Positions 50,463 to 60,578 of a DNA stretch of 64,000 nucleotides are shown here, in pieces. The number at the start of each line of letters is the position of its first letter. The first letter of the stretch is position 1. A program made the translations under genes and the position numbers. Below the pieces are notes generated by a model, which was not told the origin of the DNA, did no database searches, and saw nothing but the letters and a program-made list of their open reading frames with translations. The stretch is from Malacoraja senta (taxonomy: Eukaryota): NCBI GenBank assembly GCA_038087875.1, contig JAXLNO010002697.1, positions 62,001 through 126,000 of the forward strand, given 5' to 3'.

Positions 50463-51498
50463 TAGGTATGTTACAAAACCTACCTTCAGTCGCGCTGTAA
50501 TTCTGCCACTGGCCGTATGCGCGATTTTGGCGCCTTTAAGGGGGGGCGGGGTTAAAACGCGGGTTTCTCCTTCCTTGTCCTAGTTAATATTTTGTTGGAG
50601 TACAAGCGCTGGCTGATGAATCGTTCCTACCGGCGTTTTGTGAATTTTTTATTTTTATTAAATCGTCAATGTCAGCGCTAGAGTAATTTTAAAAGCAGCT
50701 CCTGAAGCGTCAACGCCGATAACGGGGACGGATTTCACACACGGGACAGGTAAACGAAAGTGGTTTCTTTAAATGTATAAAAGTGCTTCTTAAGAAGCCT
50801 TTAATTCACATTTTTTCATGCGACACGGTGATTTTATTCCCCGAACTAACGGCAGTATTTTTCATGCCAATACGGGGTTAAATTCACCGCAAATGAACGT
50901 TCCAAATGATCGCGTTCCAGAAATCCTCACTCGCAAAATGAATTAAATGCCCATTAATTTACAGGTATTAAACATTCAATTCCTTCCATTTGGCCTGTAA
51001 ATTCATGAAAATGAGATTTAAAAGTTATGTTATATTGTGAATTATTGTGTGAATGTTATTTGGACACTTAGGCTATTTAAAAATGTTAATCTATTCTTAA
51101 GAAATTGATAGATGTTTAGATCTAGTAATTGAATTTTGTAATTAGCTACAATTAGGTAACTAACTAATTATATGCTTTAATTTCAAGTCATCCATACTTT
51201 CATGTCTTCTAAGTAAGATTGTTTCATATTTGTTTCAGAATGCTTCAATCTATAATAACTGAAAATGTCTTTCAGTTATCTTAATTTTTAAGAAAGTTAT
51301 GGGCTTTTGACTGTCCTCGATCACAGCTTTTGTGTTAAGTCAATGGAAAAGCAATAGGGAACAAGATGGCCATAACTTCTTTAATACTGAAGATATGAAA
51401 GTGAATTAGGTGTCAAATTAAACTTCTTTTTATGCTTTATCTGATGGGATAAATTGCAGACTTTATTTTTAAAATCTCAAAATTTTGTAACATTGCTA
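50463..51498 (-). mobile_element. Non-autonomous DNA transposon, TAG termini, perfect 7-bp TSD CATCAAT (copy 2)
   Basis: TSD at 50456-50462 and 51499-51505; inverted homolog of 322-1368. Confidence 0.85.
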
Positions 51499-51505
51499 CA
51501 TCAAT

Positions 51506-52110
51506 GGTGCTGAAGTGAAAAAGGTTGAGAGTTTCTGGTTCCCCTACTGCCTCAGGAGACTAAGGAAATGCGGCATCTCCAATGACTCTTACAAACGTCT
51601 ACAAATGTGCCATAGAAAGCATACTGACAGGTTGTATCACAACTTAGTTTGGAAAGAGTTCTGCCCAAGACCGCTGGAAATTGCAGGGAGGTGGAGATGT
51701 AGCACAGTCGATCACACAAACATGATTCCCCACCAGTGAATCCACCTGTATTTCAACTGGTTCAGGAAAGCAGACAACATAATCAAAGATTCATCCCGCT
51801 CTGGTCATTCCTTCTTCTTCCTGCAGAAGGTACGTAAGCATTAAAGCGTGCACCACCAGACTCAGTAACTGTTTCCTCCCCTATGTTGTCTGGTTTATGA
51901 ACAGTCCTCCCTTATGCTAGGGTTCACCTCAACCCCATTGTAGACACTGGACTTTGTCTCTGGCACTGGTGCCTTACAATGCTGAGAACTACATTCTGCA
52001 CTCTTTGCTCTACCTATTGTACGAGTTTGGTTTGATTGTATTTATGAATAGTTTTCTTTGATGTGATTGACTAACATGCAAAAAAAGTGTATCAGAGAAT
52101 CATGTGACAG
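51506..52110 (+). mobile_element. L2-clade LINE 3' fragment
   Basis: INGAEV.KVESF...LRRLRK...IESILTGCIT-like residues. Confidence 0.7.
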
Positions 52111-52181
52111 CAACAAAACTAAAACAAAATCCATTTGTTCCATCACTGGGTGTCTACCCCAGGTCCGGTCATGACACTTAC

Positions 52182-52442
52182 TCGAGATACCATGTTGCTG
52201 TTGGTAGACTATCTCAGCATTTCCTCTGACAATCCCATGAAAACCTGCAACTGTGATGGCCATTGAATCCCATTGATCCTGCGGGCAAGACTGGGCCATC
52301 CATCGCTGTCTGGGAATAGCCAGCTCTAGTGTGCTTTCAAAATATGCTATCTGGAGGTCATCCAGCATTGCTACCATACTGTACTCAGGCAGCTCACTCA
52401 ATCCATGGTTCAACAGGTAGTAAGATGCAAGATGGTGTAAAT
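52182..52442 (-). CDS. MHC class I-like exon 2, alpha1 domain (DLHHLASYYLL...AMLDDLQIAYFES...PRQRWM...QWDSM...HGIS)
   Basis: Acceptor ttgcag|, donor |gtaagt, 87 open codons; motifs match class I alpha1 (H-x-L start, DD-x-Q, PR-x-x-WM, W60). Confidence 0.9.
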
Positions 52443-52619
52443 CTGCAATGCATAAACAATAATAAATATGATTGTATCATTCACTGAAAATAACTAAGAG
52501 TTATTAAACTGATAACAATACAATAACTTTGAATAAGGGAGTCACAAGGACCTGCAGATGCAAGTGCTGGATGAACTCAGTGGGGCAGGCAGCATCAATG
52601 ATCAGGTGACAATTTGTGT

Positions 52620-52940
52620 CAGGAGCCTTTAGTTTAGTTTTTAGCTTAGAGATACAGCATGGAAACAGGCCCTTCGGGCCACTGAGTCCACACTGACCAG
52701 CAACCCCCACACGCTAACACTATCCTACACACACAAGGGACAATTTACATTCTACACCAAGCCAATTAAACTACAAACCTGTACGTCATGGAATGTGGGA
52801 AGAATCTGAAGATCTCAGGAAAAACCCACCCGGTCAGGTGGAGAATGTACAAACTCCATACAGACAGGACCCGTAGTCAGGATCCAACCTGGGCATTGGT
52901 GCTGTAAGGGCGATAAGGCAGCATCTCTAATGCTGCACCA
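52620..52940 (-). mobile_element. V-SINE
   Basis: Central domain and tail. Confidence 0.8.
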
Positions 52941-53494
52941 CTGATCCTTCTACAAGAGTTGGCTAGATGGGCTCTGATACCTATTCCACCAATTGTGGTC
53001 GAGGTATTGAATGATCCTATTGGATTGCTTCCCATCTTCAAAGATCTATTATTATCTATCATGTCGATACAGCCTACTAGTTACAATATTCCAAAATTCA
53101 AAGAATATTTTATTATATTAAGAAAATGGACAACGTCAAGGAGATTCAGCAGGGAATCAGGGCCTACGGCTGAATGGCCTAATTCAATCATGGCTGCTCT
53201 ATCTCGCCCTCTCAACCACATTCCCTGCTTTCGCCCCATAACCCTTGACACCCATACTGATCAAGAATCTGTCAATATCCACCTGAGAAATATCCATTGA
53301 CGTGGGCTCCACGGCTGTCTGAGGAGGCCCATATCCTTCTAAACCTATCTATCCATGTACCAGATTAAATGTTTCTTAAATGTTGCGATAGTACCTGCCT
53401 GAACTCCCTTCTCCGGCAGTTCATTCAGTACTCCCACCAAAGCTATGCCTCTGGTTCTTATTAAATCTTTCCCCCCTCATTTTAAACTTATGTA

Positions 53495-55026
53495 TTCATT
53501 TTTTGCCCATTTTGGTTTCACCATGTAGAAATTACACCTGTGTTTATACATAGTCCCCCCATTTCAGGGCACCATAATGTTTGGGACATGGCTTCGCAGA
53601 TGTATGTAATTGCTCAGGGGTATTTAAATGCCTCCTTAATGCAGGTATAAGAGAACTCAGCATCTAGTCTTTCCTCCAGTCTTTCCATCACCTTTGGAAA
53701 CTTTTATTGCTGTTCATCAACAGGAGGACCAGAGTTGTGCCAATGAAAGTAAAAGAGACCATTATGAGACTGAGAAACAAGAATAAAACTGTTCGAGACA
53801 TCAGCCAAACCTTAGGCTTACCAAAATCAAACTGTTTGGAACATCATTAAGAAGAAAGAGTGCACTGTGAGCTTACTAATCGCAAAGGGACTGGCTGGCC
53901 AAGGAACACCTCCACAGCTGATGACAGAAGACTTCTCTCTATAATAAAGACAAAACCCCAATCCTTTACTAATCGCAAAGGGACTGACAGGTCAGAAACA
54001 CTCATCAGGAGTCAGGTGTGGATTTGCCAATGACCACTGTCCGCAGAAGACTTCATGAACAGAAATACAGAGACTGCACTGCAAGATGCAAACCACTGTT
54101 TAGCCACAAAAACAGGATGGCCGGGTTACAGTTTGCCAAGAAGTACTTAAAAGAGCAACCACAGTTCTGGAAAAAGGTCTTCTGGACAGATGATACAAAG
54201 ATTAACTTATATCGGAGTGATGCCAAGAGCAAAGTATGGAGGAGAGAAGGAACTGCCCTAGATCCAAAGCATACCACCTCATCTGTGAAACACGGTGGTG
54301 GGGGTGTTGTGGGCTGGGCATGTATGGCTGCTGAAGGTACTGGCTAACTTAGCTTTGTTGACCATTCAGCTACTGATGGTAGCAGCATAATGAATTCTGA
54401 AGTGTATAGACACATCCTATATGCTCAAGTTCAAACACATTGGCCTCAAAACACATTGCCCAGCGGTTCATACTACAGCAAGACAATGATCCTAAAGCAA
54501 CAAAGGAGTTTTTCAAAGCTAAAAAATTGTTAATTCTTGAGTGGCCAAGACAATCACCCGATCTGAACGCAACTGAGCATGCCTTTGATATGCCAAAGAG
54601 AAAACTGAATGGGGACTAGCCCCCAAAACAAGCACAGGCTGCAATACAGGCCTGGCAGAGCATCGCCAGAGAAGTCACCCAGCAACTGGCGATGTCCATG
54701 AATCACAGACTTCAAGCAGTCATTGCATGCATAGGATATGCAACAAAATACTAAACATGGCTACTTTCATTTACATGACATTGCTGTGTCCCAAACATTA
54801 TGGTGCCCTAAAATGGGGCAGACTATGTATTTTGTGACTATGTAAATTGACTGCTGTAATTTCTACATGGTGAAACCAAAATGTTTAAAAAATTGCCTTT
54901 TTTTTAATCTGACAATGTGCACTTTAACCACATGTGATTTTTTTCTATTACAAATCTCAAATTATGGAGTACAGAGGCAAATAAATATATGATGGGTCTT
55001 TGTCCGAAACATTATGGAGGTCACAG
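53495..55026 (+). mobile_element. Tc1/mariner transposon (long IR/DR-type TIRs), defective; left TIR truncated
   Basis: Frameshifted transposase 53742-54757 (MKVKETIMRLR...TVRRRLHE...WTDDTK...KHGGG...QQDNDPK); repeated ccataatgtttgggaca; right end followed by TA. Confidence 0.9.
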
Positions 55027-55404
55027 TATGTACGATCAATTCACACTGGCCAATTTACCTCTCAGCCTCTCATCTTTGGAATATTGGGAGAAACTGGAAT
55101 AACCAGAGGAAGCACACATGGTTTCAGGGAAAGAATAAAAGTGCCACACAGGTTGTAGTAGAGATCGGGATTGAGTCCAGGTCCTCATAGGCACCATCTC
55201 TATGAGCTGCAACCCTGAAATGCCCATCTGGTGGGAAATCTCTGCATGGAATGGGGCACTTCTGACTTATGAGGACATTGGGATTCTGTAACAGTAAGTG
55301 TAAAGAAGACCTTACTGATGAGTCCCGACTATCAAGGCTTGGGTGGGGTGGGGGGTGGGGGTGGGGTCGGAGCAGACTATAATAAACAGGGTCTAAACTG
55401 AAAC

Positions 55405-55940
55405 TCGACACATACTGGAGTAACTTAGTGGGTCAGGCAGCATCTCCGGAGAAAAGGAAAAGGTGACGTTTCGGGTCGAGACCCTTCTTCAGACTGAGAA
55501 TCAGGAGACAGGGAACCAAGCGATATGAAAAGGTACATAGAACAAATTAATAAAAGATATACCCCCGACTCTGTCTGAAGAAGTGCCTTGACCTGAAACG
55601 CCATCTATTCCTTTTCTCCAGCGATGCTGCCTGACTTCCTGATTTACTCCAGCTTTTTGTGTCTATCTTCGGTGTAAACCAGCATCTGCATCACCAGTCT
55701 GAAGAAGGGTCTAGACGCGAAACATCACCCATTTCGTCTCTCCAGAGATGCTGCCTGTCCCGCTGAGTTACTCCAGCTTTTTGTGTCTATCTTCGGTTTA
55801 AATCAGCATCTGCAGTTCCTTCTTACACATCTAAACTGATGTCTAAACTGAAACATCACCTATCCATGTTCTCCAGACATACTGCCTGACCTGCTGAATT
55901 ACTCCAGCATTTTATGTGTATTAACCAGCATCTGCATTTT
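55405..55940. mobile_element. Cluster of four Penelope-like terminal repeat units (one minus, then three plus in tandem)
   Basis: Cores at 55465-55492 (-, intact), 55575 (+, decayed), 55699 (+, decayed) and a partial unit at about 55845. Confidence 0.75.
55465..55492 (-). ncRNA. Minimal hammerhead ribozyme core, intact, sense to the class I pre-mRNA (intron 1)
   Basis: Reverse complement reads CTGAAGAAGGGTCTCGACCCGAAACGTC. Confidence 0.7.
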
Positions 55941-56614
55941 CTTGTTTCTACATGAATAAGCAGTATTTGTTCTGTGATAAAGTTTCCATGCAGCACACCA
56001 GACAGTGTCAAAGTTCAGTGTCAAAGTGAGGTGAGAAGGGGCCCCAAAGGGAGAGTTAGAAGTGTCTGTTTCAGTGTTACCAGGAGAAACATAAGAAGGC
56101 TAGTGGAATACAGTAATGATAAAATCCACGTGACTTCCCAAAACACTCCACAACCAAGGATTTTTGTTTTATATGTTATTATTTCAACAGGGGAATCACC
56201 ATTTTATATTTACTTTCATCTGATAACAATGGGATTAAACTTTCAGGATGAGTAGGTTTGTAATCTCCAAGCCTTCACGATTGTCAGAATAGTTAGAAAG
56301 GAAGCATTGTGTGGGAAGAAATTGCTCATCAGATTCCCATTAAATCTTCCCCCCCCCCCCTCAATTTAAACCTATGTCTTCTGGTTCTCGATTCTGTAAT
56401 CTGTTGAATATGTTGCCCACTTGAAAATTTCCAGATTTAGATTGATATATTTTTGTTCATTAAGGGTGTAATGGGTTAGAGCTCAGCCACAATGTCTGTG
56501 CCGAACATGATGTCAAGTTAAACTAAACTGCTTGTACATGATTCATATCCCTCAAGTCCCTACATATCCACGTGCCTATCCTCAAGCTTCTTAAATCTCA
56601 TTATCGTCTTCTGG

Positions 56615-59497
56615 GGAAGTCGTGGATAGAGCCTGGATTGACACCTGGAAGTATGTTGTTGTGGCGATCAGTGACACATGGTTGCAGGAGGGCTGTGATT
56701 GGAAACTAAATATTCCAGGATTTCGTTGCTTCTGGTGTGATAGAATTGGAGGGTCAAGAGGTGGGGGTGTTGCATTGCTTGTCAAGGAAGATATTACAGC
56801 AGTGCTTTGGCAGGATAGAGTAGAGGGCTCGTCTAGGGAGGCTATTTGGGTGGAACTGAGAAATGGGAAAGGTGTAGCAACACATATAGGGGTGTATTAT
56901 AGACCGCCTAATGGGGAGCAAGAATTGGAAGAGCAAATATGTAAGGAGATAGCAGATATTAGTAGTAAGCACAAGGTAGTGATTGTGGGAGATTTCAATT
57001 TTCCACACTTAGACTGGGAAACACATACTGTAAAAGGGCTGGATGGTTTGGAATTTGTAAAATGTGTGCAGGATAGTTTTTTGCAGCAATACATAGAGGT
57101 ACCTACTAAAGAAGGGGCAGTGCTGGACCTCCTGTTAGGAAATGAGACAGGGCAGGTGGCGGAGGTGGGCGTTGGGGAGCACTTCGGGTCCAGTGATCAC
57201 AATACCATTAGTTTCAATATAATTATGGAGAGGATCAGAACTGGACCTAGGGTTAAAATTTTTGATTGGAGAAAGTCTAACTTTGAGGAGATGCGAAAGG
57301 ATTTAAAAGGAGTGAATTGGGACATGTTGTTTTATGGGAAGGATGTAGTAGAGAAATGGAGGACATTTAAAGGTGACATTTTAAGAGTACAGAATCTTTA
57401 TGTCCCTGTTCGGTTGAAAGGAAATAGTAAAAATTGGAAAGAGCCATGGTTTTCAAGGGAAATTGGACACTTGGTTCGGAAAAAGAGAGAGATCTACAAT
57501 AATTATTGCCAGCATGGAGTAAATGAGGTGCTTGAGGAGTGTAAAGAATGTAAAAAGAATATTAAGAAATAAATTAGAAAAGCTAAAAGAAGATATGAGG
57601 TTGCTTTTGCAAGTAAGGTGAAAGTAAATCCAAAGGGTTTCTACAGCTATATTAATAGAAAAAGGATAACAAGGAATAAAATTGGTCCATTAGAGAGTCA
57701 GAGTGGACAGCTATCTGCAGAGCCAAAAGAGATGGGGGAGATATTGAACAATTTTTTTTCTTCGGTATTCACCAAGGAGAAGGATATGGAATTATGTGAG
57801 GTAAGGGAAACAAGCAGAGTAGCAATGGAAACTATGAGATTCAAATAAGAGGAGGTGCGGACACTTTTGAAAAATATGAAAATGGATAAGTCTCCAGGTC
57901 CTGACAGGATATTTTCTAGGACAGTGAGGGAAGTTAGTGTAGAAATAGCAGGGGCTATGACAAAAATATTTCAAATGTCATTAGAAACAGGAATAGTGCC
58001 GGAGGATTGGCGTACTGCGCATGTTGTTCCGTTGTTTAAAAAGGGTTGTGAGAGTAAACAAAGCAATTATAGACCTGTTAGTTTGACGTCAGTGGTGGGC
58101 AAATTAATGGAAAGGATACTTAGAGATAATATATATAAGCATCTGGATAAGCAGGGTCTGATTAGGAACAGTCAACATGGATTTGTGCCTGGAAGGTCAT
58201 GTTTGACTAATCTTCTTGAATTTTTCGAAGAGGTTACTAGCGAAATTGATGAGGGTAAAGCAGTGGATGTTGTCTATATGGACTTCAGTAAGGCCTTTGA
58301 CAAGTTTCCTCATGGAAGGTTGGTTAAGAAGATTCAATTGTTCGGTATTAATGGTGGAGTAGCAAGATGGATTCAACAGTGGCTGAATGGGAGATGCCAG
58401 AGAGTAATGGTGGATGGCTGTTTGTCAGGTTGGAGGCCGGTGACTAGTGGGGTGCCTCAGGGGTCTGTGTTGGGTCCACTGTTGTTTGTCATGTACATCA
58501 ATGATCTGGATGATGGTGTGGAAAATTGGATTAGTAAGTATGCAGATGATACTAAGATAGGTGGTGTTGTGGATAATGAAGTAGATTTTCAAAGTCTACA
58601 GAGAGATTTAGGCCATTTGGAAGAGTGGGCTGAAAGATGGCAGATGGAGTTTAATGCTGATAAATGTGAGGTGCTACATCTCGGTAGGACAAATCAAAAT
58701 AGGACGTACATGGTAAATGGTAGCGAATTGAGGAATGCAGTTGAACAGAGGGATCTAGGAATAACTGTGCATAGTTCCCTGAAGGTGGAATCTCATGTAG
58801 ATAGTGTGGTAAAGAAAGCTTTTGGTGTGCTGGCCTTTATAAATCAGAGCATTGAATATAGAAGTTGGGATGTAATGTTAAAATTGTACAAGGCATTGGT
58901 GAGGCCAATTCTGGAGTATGGTGTACTATTTTGGTCGCCTAATTATAGGAAGGATGTCAACAAAATAGAGAGAGTACAGAGGAGATTTACTAGAATGTTG
59001 CCTGGGTTTCAGCAACTAAGTTACAGAGAAAGGTTGAACAAGTTAGGGCTTTATTCTTTGGAGCGCAGAAGGTTAAGAGGGGACTTGATAGAGGTCTTTA
59101 AAATTATGAGCGGGTTAGACAGAGTTGACGTGGATAAGCTTTTCCCATTGAGAGTAGGGAAGATTCAAACAAGGGGACATGACTTGAGAATTAAGGGACA
59201 GAAGTTTAGGGGGAACATTAGGGGGAACTTCTTTACTCAGAGAGTGGTAGCTGTGTGGAATGAGCTTCCAGTGGAAGTGGTGGAGGCAGGTTCGATTTTA
59301 TCCTTTAAAAATAGATTGGATGGGTATATGGACGGGAAAGGAATGGAAGGGTATGGTCTGGGTGCAGGTAGATGGGACTAGGGGGAAGTAAGAAGAAAGA
59401 AGGGGGAAGGAAAAAAAAAGTGTTCGGCACGGACTTGAAGGGCCGAGATGGCCTGTTTCCGTGCTGTAATGGTTATATGATTATATGGTTATATGGA
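56615..59497 (+). mobile_element. Young CR1 LINE, near-complete ORF2 with two in-frame stops (57570, 57846), antisense in intron 1
   Basis: APE motifs (GDFN, SDH) and RT motifs (GVPQGSVLGP, YADD) in one frame; (TGGTTATA)n tail. Confidence 0.95.
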
Positions 59498-59699
59498 AGT
59501 GGTGGTGATGTAATGGATAGGGTCTGCAGTACAGGAAGCATGCAACAAACAACAAGATGGCAACAACATTAACACAACATTGATTTGTCATTTGATGCAG
59601 GCTGAATTTTACCATCATGTGGGTGTCTAACACCAGCTGAGGAAATCTTGGAGAGGTGGAACACCTACTAATGCAGAAGTCACTTCTTTATTGAAAGTG

Positions 59700-60130
59700 C
59701 ACATCACCGGTTTACCTGAATTCTGTCTGAGGTATTAGTGCAAGAACAGATTGGACAAACATGGATTGTTTTCTCTTGTATACTGGAGGTTGAAGGGAGA
59801 CCTGATGAAAGTGCATAACATGGTGAGAGGCACAGACAGAGTGGACAGCCAGAACCTTTTTCCCAGGGTGGAAATGTTGAAGACCAGAGAACATCACTTT
59901 AAGGTTGGAGAAGCAATGTTCAAAGGAGATGAGCGGAGCAAGTTGTTTTATGTGGAGGGTGGTGGACACCTGTACTGCGCTGCCAGTGGTGGTGATGGTG
60001 GTGGCAGATATAACAGTTACATTTCAGAGGCTTTTAGATAGGTACATAGATAGGCAGGGAATGGCCGGATACAGATCACATACAGGTAGAGGAGATTAGT
60101 TTATTTTGTTCGGCACAGACATTGTGGGCG
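59700..60130 (+). mobile_element. Old CR1 3' fragment
   Basis: GLFSLVYWRLKGDLMKV. Confidence 0.8.
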
Positions 60131-60195
60131 AAGGTAGACAAAATGCTGGAGTAACTCAGCAGGTCAGGCAGCATCTCTGGATAAAAGGAATGGGT

Positions 60196-60223
60196 GACGT
60201 TTCAGGTCGAGACCCTTCTTCAG
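60196..60223 (-). ncRNA. Minimal hammerhead ribozyme core, near-intact (G.U at base of stem II), intron 1
   Basis: Reverse complement reads CTGAAGAAGGGTCTCGACCTGAAACGTC. Confidence 0.55.
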
Positions 60224-60526
60224 ACTGAAGGACTGAAGGAACTGCTCCTGTGCTGTATTGTCCTATGTTCTATGTTCATTATTTACCTGTATTCAGTTCC
60301 TCTGTTCATTGGATTGCCAAGGTAACCATAGTGTATATAACTTCCCACAGGTGCTTTTACAACTCAGGAATGACCGTTACCCAAAATTATTAATACATTC
60401 AATTCAATCATTCAATTAATACATCCAAGACAATGTACCCAGGGCAAACACAGGGACTGTGCAACAGTAAATAGAATCAGTTTTGTTGTTTCCTCAAAGT
60501 TCACAAGTAGAAGGAGCATTGCTTAC

Positions 60527-60578
60527 CAGAGGAGACAGTGGCCACACCGTAAGTGTTGAGTAAGGTAAAAAGAAGCAT
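60527..60578 (-). CDS. MHC class I-like exon 1, signal peptide MLLFTLLNTYGVATVSS
   Basis: ATG with A at -3 (aacATG), 17 mostly hydrophobic codons ending in small residues, phase-1 donor G|GTAAGC; joins alpha1 in frame. Confidence 0.75.

Larger units (their letters stand above)
44389..60578 (-). pseudogene. Non-classical MHC class I-like heavy-chain gene, 5 exons, with a nonsense codon in alpha3 (pseudogene, null allele or alpha3-skipping gene)
   Basis: Five exons joined by phase-1 GT-AG introns give leader-alpha1-alpha2-alpha3-TM/CY in class I order and size (52, 261, 282, 276, >=230 nt). The canonical alpha2 and alpha3 Cys pairs are present. In-frame TAG at 47832-47834. Confidence 0.85.
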
